Positions 43,802 through 54,458 of a DNA stretch of 64,000 nucleotides are shown here, piece by piece. Source of the DNA: an uncultured Hyphomicrobiales bacterium (GTDB taxonomy: Bacteria; Bacteroidota; Ignavibacteria; Kapaibacteriales; UBA7675); NCBI GenBank assembly GCA_964445695.1, contig CAYULF010000028.1, positions 7,103-71,102 of the forward strand, written 5' to 3'. A program made the position numbers and the translations under genes. Numbering within the stretch: the first letter of the stretch is position 1; each line of letters starts with the position of its first letter. The notes beneath the pieces are model-generated. The model saw nothing but the letters and a program-made list of their open reading frames with translations, was not told the origin of the DNA and did no database searches.

Positions 43802-44332
43802 CTAGGCGCTGTACTTGTCCCATTGGCTAATCTCTACTGTTGAACCCTCAAAATCTTTGACCAGTTTGCGATAGGAGTCCGGAATACGCTGGGGACGTTG
43901 ATCGGCAGGGTTCAAATTGACCAGAACGGCTTGAGCGGTCAGGAGGGTTTTACCATCCGGCAGGCTGATGATCTGATCCATTCCAAACGATGTGTTCCTG
44001 ACAAAACCTGTACGAGTCCGGACGACGTATTCGTCGTCAAACTGCGCAGCCCACAGGTAGTTGATTTCAAGATGCGCCACAACAAAATGATGCTTTGTGA
44101 TAAATGTCTTGCGGTCGATCGGCAGGCCGATTTCCCGAAAATATTCCACACGAGCAGCTTCGAGCCAGTACAGATAAACTGCATTGTGAACGATGTTTTG
44201 ACGATCGCAGTCCGAATTGCGAACACGCGATCCGAAGCGGTGGCGAAACAAATCGATATTCGCCGCAATTTCCCGGGAAGCGGACTTGTTCGACGCAGTG
44301 TCCTGCGTCATTTCATCTTGCTTGAGGTTCAT
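43802..44332 (-). CDS. Acyl-CoA thioesterase, 4HBT/YbgC-FadM hot-dog family
   Basis: RVRNSDCDRQNIVHNAVYLYWLEAARVEYF, INYLWAAQFDD; the start is probably MNLKQ (44332) or MTQD (44311). Confidence 0.85.
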   Translation of the reverse strand: MNLKQDEMTQDTASNKSASREIAANIDLFRHRFGSRVRNSDCDRQNIVHNAVYLYWLEAARVEYFREIGLPIDRKTFITKHHFVVAHLEINYLWAAQFDDEYVVRTRTGFVRNTSFGMDQIISLPDGKTLLTAQAVLVNLNPADQRPQRIPDSYRKLVKDFEGSTVEISQWDKYSA

Positions 44333-44422
44333 ATTGGAATAGGTTTTCAGCCTGTGGGTCACTTTCACGCATAGCTGCAAATTTACGTAAAACTGCTCAA
44401 AAACCCAGATTGAGACGCGCAA

Positions 44423-45469
44423 TCAGACCGCGGCCGCAAAGACCGATGTTACGATTTCAGCGGCCGATTGCGCTGCTGCGTCTCCCACCTGAAAGTGGAA
44501 GACCGCCCGCAGCATGTTGCCGCCCATGTTGGACAGAAGAACTCCGCGTCGTCCACATTCCTCCAGTATCGCCGCGGAGTCGCGACGCCCGTCGTGACGC
44601 AACAGAACGATATTTGTGAGACGTCCCTGCAAGTCGGCGGTGAAGTTGGTCTCTACCCCCAGCCCGGCCGCATCCAGGGAGGCGGCAAAAGCAGCCGCAC
44701 GACGATGATCCTCGGCCAGCAGGCCGTAGTGTTCGCGAATTGCGTGCAATCCTCCCGCCGCGATGATGCCGGCCTGGCGCATCCCGCCGCCCAGAATCTT
44801 GCGCCACTTCAGGGCCTTGCCGATGTTTTCCCGGCTGCCCAACAGCAACGATCCGACGGGCGCGCCGAGCGCCTTGGACAAACAGACCGAGAGCGTATCG
44901 AAGGGAGCCGCGTATTCTGCGGGCGAAACACCGGCGCCGACGGCGGCATTCCAGAGACGCGCGCCGTCACAGTGCAGCCTGATATCGCGCTCCGCGGCCC
45001 AGGCGGCCACACCGGCCAACTTGTCGAGCGGCATCAACAGGCCGCCATATCGGTTGTGCGTGTTTTCGATGCAGAGCAGACGCGTATGTGGAAAATGCAC
45101 GTCGCCGGGACGAACAGCCGCATCCAGCATCGCTATGTCCAGCAAACCACGATTGCTCTCGACCGGTCTGAGTTGTACGCGCGAAATGACGGCAGGCGCG
45201 CCCGCCTCGTAGTAAAAAATATGCGCCTGAGAGTCGATGAGCACTTCATCGCCGTCGTTGCACAAAACGCGCAGCGCGAGTTGATTCCCCATGACGCCGG
45301 AGGGCATGTAAAGGGCGGCCTCCTTGCCGAAGAGGCGGGCACCGTACTCCTGAAGTTCAATGACGGTGGGGTCTTCGCCCCAGACATCATCCCCCACCGG
45401 AGCGGCGGCCATAGCGGCGCGCATTGCTTCGGTCGGGACGGTAATTGTGTCGCTGCGCAAATCAATCAT
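44423..45469 (-). CDS. ltaE: Low-specificity L-threonine aldolase (PLP-dependent)
   Basis: MIDLRSDT start, [65 protein letters not shown]. Confidence 0.93.
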   Translation of the reverse strand: MIDLRSDTITVPTEAMRAAMAAAPVGDDVWGEDPTVIELQEYGARLFGKEAALYMPSGVMGNQLALRVLCNDGDEVLIDSQAHIFYYEAGAPAVISRVQLRPVESNRGLLDIAMLDAAVRPGDVHFPHTRLLCIENTHNRYGGLLMPLDKLAGVAAWAAERDIRLHCDGARLWNAAVGAGVSPAEYAAPFDTLSVCLSKALGAPVGSLLLGSRENIGKALKWRKILGGGMRQAGIIAAGGLHAIREHYGLLAEDHRRAAAFAASLDAAGLGVETNFTADLQGRLTNIVLLRHDGRRDSAAILEECGRRGVLLSNMGGNMLRAVFHFQVGDAAAQSAAEIVTSVFAAAV

Positions 45470-45639
45470 AGTGCATTCCTTGCCTGTCGAAATCGGAAAC
45501 TGCAAACTAGCACAACGGCCGCACCCTGCAAGCTGCAGGCGCAATAAAGGGCTGTCCGCGTTTTACCAATTTTTGGCTAATTTGTGCGCCGCCGGGCAGA
45601 GACTCCCGCAAGTGATTTATTGAGAAAATTGATACCGCA

Positions 45640-47307
45640 ATGCAAGATTACCGAGCAAATATTTCGGCCGCCCAGCGCGCCTACGGCACCGACGCGCGCC
45701 ATGTAGAATTTCCGTTTAATTCCGTCGCCGAAATGCTGCTGACGCGCGGACGCGAGCAGGCGGACGACGTCTTTCTGATTTTCAATGACGAGGACGGTCA
45801 GCGCTCGGAACTGACTTTTGGGGAATTCCACGAGCGCTGCGCCTGTACGGCTTCATATATGCGCGAACTGGGACTGAATCCCGGCGACCGCATTGCCACG
45901 GCTGCGCACAATCACAGCGATACAATTGTGCAGTACTTCGCCGCCTGGGCGCTGGGACTGTGCGTGGTGCCGCTTAACATGGGCGAGGATGACGCGCGTC
46001 TCCAGTTCATACTGGAAAATTCCGGAGCGCGCGTGCTGTTTTGCCGCCAGGATTATCTGGAACGGGTTTCGCGCTTCCGGCCGGCGGGTTCGGGCTTGCA
46101 CGTTGTGCCCGTCTACGATCAGCGGCGCGAGGAGGACGACTTCCACTTTCACGTGGACCGGCAGGATGCGATGGACTTCATGCCGACCTACGATCTGGAT
46201 GCGGAAGCACTGATTGTTTACACCAGCGGCACGACCGGCAAACCCAAGGGCGTGGTACTGGTACAGCGCAATCTGATGTCGGACGCGCAGGCAATAGCCG
46301 ATTGGCACGGCATCGACGCGGACACGCGCATGATGTGCGTGCTGCCGGTTCACCATGTCAACGGCACGATCGTTACCCATGTCACTCCCATGTTTGCCGG
46401 CGCGTCGGTCGTGTTAAACCGCAAATTCAGCAGCTCGCGCTTTTTCCGCACGATCCGGGTAGAGGGCGTTAACATCGTCTCGGTGGTGCCGACGCTGCTC
46501 GCCTTTCTGTTGGAGACCGACACGGAGGCCGACGGAGTTCACGAAGCGGGCTTCCGGCACATTATCTGCGGCGCGGGGCCTCTGACCTGCGAGCTGGCGC
46601 GGCGGTTTGAAACGCGGTTCAACATTCGTATTATTCACGGTTATGGACTGTCGGAAAGCACCTGTTACTCCTCATTTATGCCGCTGGATCTGAGCGACGC
46701 CGAATTCAACACCTGGCGCGACGACTACGGCTTCCCCAGCATCGGCCTGGCGCTGCCGAACAATGAAATGGCGATTCACGATCCGGAAGGCAATGCCCTG
46801 CCGGAAATGGAACGCGGCGAAATTGTGATCCGCGGCAGCAATATCATGAAGGAATATTACAACAACCCGGAAGCCAATACCGACACGTTTAAACACCAGT
46901 GGTTCCGCAGCGGCGATGAAGGTTTTTTCAAGCTTGATGATGCCGGGCGCGCCTTTTACTTTATCACGGGACGTTTAAAAGAACTCATCATTCGCGGCGG
47001 TGTTAACCTGGCTCCTCTGGAGATCGATGAAGTACTGAGCGCCGCACCGGGCGTCAGAGCCGGAATATGTGTCGGCTTTGACAACGATTTCTACGGCGAG
47101 GAAGTCGGCGCTTTGGTTATTCCGGAAAATGAGAATGTTAAAGCCGACGATATCATCAGACATTGTGCAGAACGCCTTCCATTCAGCAAACAACCCAAGG
47201 TTGTTTTATTCAGCGATGAATTGCCGGTGACTTCTACCGGCAAGTATCAGCGCACGCGCGTCCGCCATCTGTTCAGCGAGTGGAAGTCACAGCAGTTTAA
47301 AGCCTGA
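45640..47307 (+). CDS. Adenylate-forming (AMP-binding) acyl-CoA synthetase / long-chain fatty-acid-CoA ligase
   Basis: YTSGTTGKPKG P-loop, HGYGLSE, WFRSGD, GRLKELIIRGG, P.TSTGK. Confidence 0.92.
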   Translation: MQDYRANISAAQRAYGTDARHVEFPFNSVAEMLLTRGREQADDVFLIFNDEDGQRSELTFGEFHERCACTASYMRELGLNPGDRIATAAHNHSDTIVQYFAAWALGLCVVPLNMGEDDARLQFILENSGARVLFCRQDYLERVSRFRPAGSGLHVVPVYDQRREEDDFHFHVDRQDAMDFMPTYDLDAEALIVYTSGTTGKPKGVVLVQRNLMSDAQAIADWHGIDADTRMMCVLPVHHVNGTIVTHVTPMFAGASVVLNRKFSSSRFFRTIRVEGVNIVSVVPTLLAFLLETDTEADGVHEAGFRHIICGAGPLTCELARRFETRFNIRIIHGYGLSESTCYSSFMPLDLSDAEFNTWRDDYGFPSIGLALPNNEMAIHDPEGNALPEMERGEIVIRGSNIMKEYYNNPEANTDTFKHQWFRSGDEGFFKLDDAGRAFYFITGRLKELIIRGGVNLAPLEIDEVLSAAPGVRAGICVGFDNDFYGEEVGALVIPENENVKADDIIRHCAERLPFSKQPKVVLFSDELPVTSTGKYQRTRVRHLFSEWKSQQFKA

Positions 47308-50298
47308 TCAGCGTAGCAGAACAACCAGAAATTCGGACGTGCGCCAGAAGACTTCCGGTTTGTCAATCGTCAGCAGCGTCGCCGTGGCATCGCCCGTCGG
47401 GTGATAACTGACACTGTAGTCGGCCTGCGGATGCGTCAGCAGCTGAAGGCGTTCTGCGGGAAAAGGCCTGTCGGCCAGCTCAATGATTCTGGCATCGCGA
47501 CGTGCAATGTTAAAATCCTCTGGATCGAGCGGTTCTACCAAACGAAGGTTGGCGCCGCGCCCCTGGATAAGACCGCGGTTGCGCAGTTCACGCTCCGTCC
47601 CCACCGCGACCCAGGCCACGGATTTTTCAACGTCAGCTTCGGCACGTGCGTCCGCGCGCAATTGCTCCATGCGGTCGCGCAGGTCGTTTAACTCCGCATT
47701 CAGGAGGGAGCGCTGCGCATCAAGGATCGCCAGCGTATCGCCCGCCCAGACCATAAGCGAATCGTAGGAACGCACCAACAGACCGGCCCGCTCACGCTCA
47801 TCCAGCATCTGACGAAACAGCGTTTCGGATCTGACTTCGGCCTGATCTTGCAATTCTTGCGCCATGAGCAGACGGCTTCCCAGCGAATCCGCGCGAGCGA
47901 TCAGCGAATTCATGAGAGCGGCATCTTCGGGACGGATCACGCCTTCGACTTCGCGTTGCTTCATCTCCGCCGCCAGCGCATCTCTCTCTTGTTTAAGCGC
48001 AGCAATGGCGTTTTCGCGTTGTTCAAGCGTCGTTCGCAGTTCACTGTTTTCATCGCTTAAACGACCGACGTTCGCATCGGCCAGTTTGAGATTGATTTCG
48101 AGGGCGGCAGCGGTACTGCGCGCCTGCTGCAAATGCGCGACAATGCTGTCGTAGACAGCGACCGGCACGGCACTGTCGGCCGCAGCGGTTGTTGTCGAAG
48201 CAGTGGGTTGCGCAGCGCTCTTTTGCAGCACGTCGAGGGAGTCATTCAGTTGTTTAATTGTTGCAATCTGCGAGACAAGCAAAATGCCCATGCTGTCGAG
48301 GCGCGTGGAAAGGTCAGTCACCACGGCAACGCTTTCGCTGCGCAATGCGGTTAATGTGTCGCGCAGATCCAGATTGGCGTTTTCGGCTTGTTTGCGGCGA
48401 CTTTCAAGCTGGTCGACATCGGAGCGCAGTCTGCTGTTGGCGCGACCAAGCGTTTCAACAATCCTGGCGAGTGAATCGGCGCGCTCATCACTTCCCTGTT
48501 CCGCGTTGGCTGCATCGGCCCGATCGCGCAATTCTTCGACGCGCGCCTGCAGCTCGGCGATGCGCACTCGGCCGGCGTTTAACTCGGCTTGCATCTGATC
48601 GGGTTCGGCGTCAGCATTGCCTGTTGGTTCGTCGACAGAATTGTTAATAGAATCGCGCAAAGCGGTTAACTCCCGGCGCAGGTCTTCGATGCGGGCTTCG
48701 CGCGCGAGAAGTCGATTTTCCAGAATGCCTCCGCGATCCCGCAGACTATCGACGGCGCGCGATATGGCCGTATCAGGAGCCGGATCGGCCGCGCGCTCAA
48801 GACGGCTACTTAAACTTTGCAGCAGCCGCTCACGTCCGGCCAGACTATCGCGCAGCGAAATTGCCTCCTGTTCGGCATCGGCAACAAGTTGAACAAGTGA
48901 GTCGCGTTCTGCGGCAGTCGCCTCCGTTGCGCTGAGGTTGCGACGGCGCAGAGTGGCCTGCAGGTCGCTGTTTAACTGCGTGAGAGAATCGCGCTCTTCC
49001 TGCAGCTTGCCGATGATGTAGAAGCGGCGCTGGGCGCGTTCATTGGTCTCGCGCAGGGCATTCATTTCAGCCAACAACGAGTCGGTGTTAATATCTTGCC
49101 GCGAATTATCCTCGAGTTGTTTAATACGGAAAAAGAGCGAGTCGTTGACGGCACGCAGGCGATCGGATTCGATCTGGTCGGCCATCAGGCTGCGCACTTT
49201 TTCGGCGGATTCCCAGTTCATTGCGTCGAGCACTTTGTTTTCCTCGGCCAGGCTGTCGATGCGGTGCTGTTGACCGGCAATTGAATCCTGGAGTCCGGCC
49301 TGCAACGTAATGCGATTGCGCAACTCACTGAGTTCCTGCCGCAGGAGGCGTTCGGACGTTCTGAGACGCGCCAGTTCAGCTTCGGTGCTGTCCGCGGCAG
49401 CCGGAGCTGAGCTTGCGGTTACGTCCGGCGTTTTGGGTGAACGATCTGAATTCGGCCTGGTCAATGGGTCGAGTTCCGGCTCGGGCGCAGTGATGACCTG
49501 CGGTTCCACCTCTGTTGGTTCATCCAGCGGAGGCGGCGGAATTGGTCCGGATTTACCCGACGTATTTTCACGCACTGACTCTGTGGCGACCGGATCCGAG
49601 ACTGCTTCGGGGTCGGGGGCGGCTTCGGGCTCGGATTGTGATTTGGTTTCCGGCTCGGGAGCTGTTTCGGACTCGACGACCGGATCTGGTTCCGGGACGG
49701 ATTCCGATGCAGCTTCCGCTATTGGCACAGATTCGGAAACAGCTTGTGGCTCAGGTTCGGAAACAATCTCCGGTTCGGATTTTACATCCGGCTCTGCTTC
49801 GGGGACAGATTCAGGCTCAAATGCCGCATCAACTTCGTTGTCAGGGGCGGATTCGGTCGCAACCGGCGCAGGCTCGTTTTGCACATTTGATGTGGCAACC
49901 GGCGGCGCTTCGATCTTTGCGTCCAGGGTGATTTTCAACCCGCGACCTCGATTCTTTACAAGCGCAAATCGCTGCTTCATTTCTCCGCTGACGACATAAC
50001 GAGCCACTATTTCCTGGCCGGCATTCCGGAACCACAGTGTATCGATTTGCACCGTCAGGCTGTCTTCGTCGCGCAGAAAGACGTACTCGCCCACCAGTCC
50101 CGCCAGTGTCTTGGGCGCCATGGATTCATAGAGCTGCCACGACCTGCTATAGTCTTTGATGATCCCGCGAAATTCCTTACTCCGCGCAGGATCAGCAAAG
50201 TCAACAGCGGCCGGCAGGAGATTGGGAACGAGCAGAAACAGCAGGAACAGTCCGCAGCATTTGGCGCGGAATCCGGAGAAACAAAGGGGGGCACTCAT
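47308..50298 (-). CDS. Exported long coiled-coil protein (996 aa) with Pro/Glu-rich linker
   Basis: N-terminal signal peptide, EPE/SEP-rich low-complexity stretch, ~600 aa of heptad-rich helix, and a C-terminal WVAVGTERELRNRGLI domain. Its stop codon abuts that of the convergent ligase (47307/47308). Confidence 0.85.
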   Translation of the reverse strand: MSAPLCFSGFRAKCCGLFLLFLLVPNLLPAAVDFADPARSKEFRGIIKDYSRSWQLYESMAPKTLAGLVGEYVFLRDEDSLTVQIDTLWFRNAGQEIVARYVVSGEMKQRFALVKNRGRGLKITLDAKIEAPPVATSNVQNEPAPVATESAPDNEVDAAFEPESVPEAEPDVKSEPEIVSEPEPQAVSESVPIAEAASESVPEPDPVVESETAPEPETKSQSEPEAAPDPEAVSDPVATESVRENTSGKSGPIPPPPLDEPTEVEPQVITAPEPELDPLTRPNSDRSPKTPDVTASSAPAAADSTEAELARLRTSERLLRQELSELRNRITLQAGLQDSIAGQQHRIDSLAEENKVLDAMNWESAEKVRSLMADQIESDRLRAVNDSLFFRIKQLEDNSRQDINTDSLLAEMNALRETNERAQRRFYIIGKLQEERDSLTQLNSDLQATLRRRNLSATEATAAERDSLVQLVADAEQEAISLRDSLAGRERLLQSLSSRLERAADPAPDTAISRAVDSLRDRGGILENRLLAREARIEDLRRELTALRDSINNSVDEPTGNADAEPDQMQAELNAGRVRIAELQARVEELRDRADAANAEQGSDERADSLARIVETLGRANSRLRSDVDQLESRRKQAENANLDLRDTLTALRSESVAVVTDLSTRLDSMGILLVSQIATIKQLNDSLDVLQKSAAQPTASTTTAAADSAVPVAVYDSIVAHLQQARSTAAALEINLKLADANVGRLSDENSELRTTLEQRENAIAALKQERDALAAEMKQREVEGVIRPEDAALMNSLIARADSLGSRLLMAQELQDQAEVRSETLFRQMLDERERAGLLVRSYDSLMVWAGDTLAILDAQRSLLNAELNDLRDRMEQLRADARAEADVEKSVAWVAVGTERELRNRGLIQGRGANLRLVEPLDPEDFNIARRDARIIELADRPFPAERLQLLTHPQADYSVSYHPTGDATATLLTIDKPEVFWRTSEFLVVLLR

Positions 50299-50899
50299 AT
50301 ATTAATGTATCCACGGTTGACGTAGATTTTGCCGCTTCGGCAGCGAGCTATCGTCGCGAATATTGCCGAAACAGGCATAAAAACCAAGTCGGCGGAGTCG
50401 CGCAGGCATCCGACGCAGCGTCTACCGAAGGCGAATCGCGGTGTTTTGGTCTCGACAATTGGGCGCGCGTACGATCTCATCGGCACGATTCAGCGGTCGG
50501 CAGTTGCTCGGTAAATTGCGGGACCGGCAACAGCTTCGCACAGAATTCCATTGGTATTCCGGCTCGTTTCAAGCCTGAATTTTCAACTTCTTCCGGACTT
50601 TGTTCTGGTGTTTATGGTTCGGTGGTCTCGGACTTGACAACGTCTCTTTTTCGGTCCCAAAGCAGATCGATCGCGTGTATCTCCGCTGTTCCACTAGGCG
50701 TTCGGAAATTCGACGGCGTATGAACAGGCAGTCAGCAATTCCACTGGCCGGGGGGGCGAGATGCTTCAAATTTCCGGATTTTTGGATTCGCCCTTTCATC
50801 CGGTCATTCCGGAAGAAGGTTAATGGGTGAGTTTTCGGCAGCCTGCATGCTCATGGTTGAGTACAACAAATTAAAACTCTCAGGCCCTGTGGCTAAACG

Positions 50900-51095
50900 C
50901 TCGCTTTGGGACTCGATCTGCGATTTTAAACTCCGGAGCCCTTTGGATGAATACTCGCTCTGGGATTATATCTGCGATTTTAAATCCGGAGCCCTTTGGA
51001 TGAATACTCGCTCTGGGACTCGATCTGCGATTTTAAATCCGGAGCCCTTTGGATGAATACTCGCTCTGGGACTCGATCTGCGATTTTAAACTCCG
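50900..51095. repeat. Intergenic minisatellite: 3.7 tandem copies of a 53/54-bp unit
   Basis: Units 50900-50953, 50954-51006, 51007-51059 and a partial 51060-51095. Consensus CTCGCTCTGGGACTCGATCTGCGATTTTAAA(C)TCCGGAGCCCTTTGGATGAATA; no unique spacers. Confidence 0.92.
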
Positions 51096-51487
51096 TGAGT
51101 GGTTGGACTGATACGAACTTCGGGCGCCTTGGAAGGATGTTAACTACTGAAGTTCGGACTTGATTCAGACAAGGCGCATTTTGGGCCTATACAAAAAAGG
51201 GTCCCCCTCCCCCTCCACCACCTGTCCAGTTTGTTACATTTTTTCCGCACCAAGGCACAGTTCACCCTTGCCCCGAAATTCGCGGATTTCATTGAGCAGG
51301 CTCGCCCGGACGGGCGAATATTGAGTCGCGGTCGAACCCTCCGGAGGCATCGACAACTACAACATGCAAAAGTCAAGATGGTTGGTCAATTGGAAAAGGT
51401 TAAGCGGGCAGGATAGTGTCCTGAACGGGCGGTTTTCCGTAGATTAACGCACGGATTTCTTCGTATTGCTGGATCAGATCCGACGGC

Positions 51488-51541
51488 CTGAGCGCTTCGC
51501 CACGTTGCCGCGGCTTGCTTTTTTCACTTGTTTGTCATTGA
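51488..51541 (-). repeat. Dispersed three-block motif, copy 2
   Basis: Minus strand reads TCAATGACAAACA-agtgaaaaa-AGCAAGC-N12-GCGAAGCGCTCAG. Confidence 0.7.
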
Positions 51542-51781
51542 ACTGAAAGTTTAAATTCGGTGGTAAACTGATGGAAGCTGCCAGCCTACGTTTCACCAGG
51601 CGGCTCACAAGAATTTGCGCTGTCGAACCCGGGACCGCCGCGCAACCGCACAATTTCAGGTTGCATGACCAGCAAAAATGTCAGACAGACCGTGAGCGAA
51701 GTGAGCGAGGCTGCTCAAGGTGCACAGAACATGTAAAACAACGGGTGTCAGTCGGCAATCTGTTAAGAAAGTCAACTACAC

Positions 51782-51813
51782 AAAAAGGCCGACGGAAGAT
51801 TATCCGCCGGCCT
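51782..51813 (-). terminator. Intrinsic terminator after the thiolase gene
   Basis: Stem AGGCCG.CGGA/TCCG.CGGCCT followed by TTTTTG on the minus strand. Confidence 0.7.
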
Positions 51814-51849
51814 GCAATACTTAAACAAATTCTGTCAAACAGGAGTATT

Positions 51850-53052
51850 TCACACACCTTCGAAAACAGCTGCCAGGCCCTGACCGACGCCGACACACAG
51901 TGCGGCCGCAGCATAACGCAGACCGTCGCGTTGCATGGAACGTGTCAAAGTTCCGACGAGACGACCGCCGCTCATGCCGAGCGGATGTCCGATGGCAATC
52001 GCGCCGCCGTAAATGTTAACAATCGAAGGGTCGATGCCGAGTTGATCGACACAGGCCAGCGACTGAGCCGCAAACGCTTCGTTGAGCTCCATGCGCTGCA
52101 GATCGGCTACCTTGAGCCCCGCGCGCTGCAGCGCCAGCTGCGTTGCGGTAACAGGACCGATGCCCATGATGCGAGGATCGACGCCCACAGCGCCGGACGA
52201 AACATAACGAGCCACCGGTGTGAGATTAAACTCCTCAAGAGCACGACGACTGACGACCAGCATCGCCGCGGCGCCGTCGTTGAGGCTGGAAGCATTGCCG
52301 GCCGTAACGCTCCCGTCCTTGCGAAAAGCAGGACGCAATTTGGCGAGTTTTTCGACCGATGTGTCGGAACGCGGCTGCTCGTCGCGGTCGACGACAATCG
52401 GATCGCCTTTGCGCTGAGGTATAACGACGGGAACGATTTCATCGTTAAACACGCCGGCCTGCTGCGCGGCGATAGCTTTCTGGTGTGAGGCGAGAGCAAA
52501 TTCGTCCTGCGCTTCGCGGGAAATTTGCCAACGTTCGGCCACATTTTCAGCGGTCTCGCCCATAGCTTCAAGCGGGAACATCTCTTTCATGGCCGGATTG
52601 GGATAACGCCAACCAAGAGCTGTATCGTAGGCCGTCAGATTGCCGAAGAGCGTCTTGCCGGTAGCGTTTTTTGGAATCGAATAGGGCGCACGGGACATGG
52701 ACTCCACACCGCCGGCGATAAAGACCTCGCCTTCACCGGCTCGAATGGCGCGCGCTGCCTGGATGACGGCCTCCAGCGACGAAGAGCACAGACGATTGAT
52801 GGTCACGCCGGGCACGGACTGCGGCAGACCGGCCAGCAGAGCGGCCATTCGCGCAATATTGCGGTTGTCCTCACCAGCCTGGTTAGCGCAACCCAGAATA
52901 ACGTCGTCGATTTCACCTGCGGGCATGCCGGTGCGTTCGACCAGATTTTTGATCACGTGCGCGGCCATGTCGTCGGGACGGACAGAAGCCAGGGAGCCGC
53001 CATAACGACCGACGGGCGTGCGCAGGGGTTCAACGATAAAAACTTCATTCAT
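51850..53052 (-). CDS. Acetyl-CoA C-acyltransferase (thiolase, PcaF/PaaJ-like)
   Basis: TINRLCSSS (catalytic Cys), [59 protein letters not shown]. Start re-set to MNEVFIV. Confidence 0.93.
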   Translation of the reverse strand: MNEVFIVEPLRTPVGRYGGSLASVRPDDMAAHVIKNLVERTGMPAGEIDDVILGCANQAGEDNRNIARMAALLAGLPQSVPGVTINRLCSSSLEAVIQAARAIRAGEGEVFIAGGVESMSRAPYSIPKNATGKTLFGNLTAYDTALGWRYPNPAMKEMFPLEAMGETAENVAERWQISREAQDEFALASHQKAIAAQQAGVFNDEIVPVVIPQRKGDPIVVDRDEQPRSDTSVEKLAKLRPAFRKDGSVTAGNASSLNDGAAAMLVVSRRALEEFNLTPVARYVSSGAVGVDPRIMGIGPVTATQLALQRAGLKVADLQRMELNEAFAAQSLACVDQLGIDPSIVNIYGGAIAIGHPLGMSGGRLVGTLTRSMQRDGLRYAAAALCVGVGQGLAAVFEGV

Positions 53053-53582
53053 GGGGAGCCACACCAGATCAACATGGGACAATCGCTTGTTCAGTCGGCG
53101 ACGTAAACGATTGACAGAGGGATCTATTGACGGAGCGGCAGTCGCCGCAAATAGCCGGAGCAAATCAAGCCGGGATCTTTTGATGTTGGCGTTATCTTCA
53201 GCTGAATTGAGATGACAGGAATTCCCGATACCACAGATAGATGGATTGGGAAAAACGACTTAAACAAGGCAAAAGGATTCAGCGGGTGTTGTGGTGGGAT
53301 GAGAGGGCGTGAATTCGGGTTTAACGGTTTTCTCTGAAGATCAATGGGCCCTCCCCCGCCTCCAAACCACCAAGTTCCGTGGTGCCACCACCAACGGTAC
53401 AGTCAGGCCGTCCGGCTCCCGCCGAATTGCCCAACCTTTAACCCACTGACCGGTGCAAGGCTGTATGATGAAAATCTTCCCGAAACCGCGACCGCATGCT
53501 TCGCCTGCTTCCACCGACAACTTGCACTTATTACCGCGGCAAGTCCAGCGCTTTCGACTCAAGGTCGCGCGTGACGTGGGTA

Positions 53583-53965
53583 AACGTCGTGTTTTCGCCC
53601 CTGAACGGGTCACTACAAATGCAGTGTAGCCGGAGAGACGTCCGACTCCTGACAAAGAGGTTCCAGCCTGAGGTGCAAAAGACCTGTCTCTCGCGACTAC
53701 GATCATCGCGCAGAACGTCGTCAAATTTTGTGCTTTCGCCGCTGAATGAACCAATGCTGATGCGCTGTCGTGGTAGAGACATCCGGCACCGGACCCAGCG
53801 GATTCAAACTGCTGGGCCAACTATTCGTTTCTTGCAATTACGCACATAGCGCAGAACGTCGTTAAATCTTGTGCTTTTACCGCTGAGCGAACCAGGTCCG
53901 ATGCGCGGGAGTCATCCGGACGCCCGACTCCTTGTTCAGTGGATTCAGATTGCTGAGCGTCAACC
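53583..53965. repeat. Degenerate tandem triplication of a ~141-bp unit in the intergenic region
   Basis: AACGTCGT anchors at 53583, 53714 and 53855. Copies 2 and 3 share GCGCAGAACGTCGT.AAAT.TTGTGCTTT..CCGCTGA..GAACCA....GATGCGC; copy 1 lacks 10 nt. Confidence 0.7.
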
Positions 53966-54283
53966 CAGTCTACCGCAAAATCCGAAGCACACCGGCGTGC
54001 GAAACGGTAGATCCCGGCAACTATGAATCCATATCATTGATAGTGAACACAGGCAGACATGTCGGTGGGCCGAACGCAATCCTGTGAGCTACTTTTCTTT
54101 TTATTCTCATTGACAACACACGCGATCTTCGCAATCGGAAAATAACGAGTTCTGGAAGATTGCGCCCTTAAACAGCTGAATGGTTCACACACTGCGAGCT
54201 GGACGGACGCCAAGGTTGATGCAGCTCTTAACCAAGAATGCAGATTCACTTAACAGGATGAACTCACGGCACGTCCAACACGC

Positions 54284-54340
54284 TGACAAACAGAAAGAAA
54301 AAAGCAAGCCGGCGAACAGCAGTGAGAAGGCGAAGCGCTC
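54284..54340 (+). repeat. Dispersed three-block motif, copy 3 (opposite orientation)
   Basis: TGACAAACA-gaaagaaaaa-AGCAAGC-N20-GCGAAGCGCTC. Confidence 0.7.
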
Positions 54341-54458
54341 TGGATCTGAAAGTCCATGTTAAACAAAAAACGGAGAGTAAAAAACCGGCATTAAACACCC
54401 GAGTCACAGAAACCAAATGAACTTAAAACGAGGAAAAAGCGCAGGAAGCAGTTAATCA

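Noticed and set aside
50874-50884. AAACTCTCAGG, resembling the 3' signature of a glycine riboswitch aptamer
   Set aside because: The upstream GGAGA and CCGAAG elements are missing and no glycine-metabolism gene lies downstream on that strand.
50900-51095. Possible CRISPR array
   Set aside because: The units are contiguous and near-identical with no unique spacers, and no cas genes are present; it is a minisatellite.
51199-51220. CCCCTCCACCA end resembling a tRNA/tmRNA 3' terminus (similar tract near 53346-53371)
   Set aside because: No TTCGA T-loop or cloverleaf upstream and no integrase nearby, so neither an RNA gene nor an att site is supported.
51571-52488. 305-aa plus-strand ORF overlapping the thiolase 3' half
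   Set aside because: Antisense shadow of the thiolase plus intergenic read-through; no motifs.
53341-53849. Small ORFs (159 aa minus, 117 aa plus, 83 aa minus) over the 141-bp repeats
   Set aside because: No SD, no motifs, and each frame is broken by stops in at least one repeat copy; reported only as a repeat.
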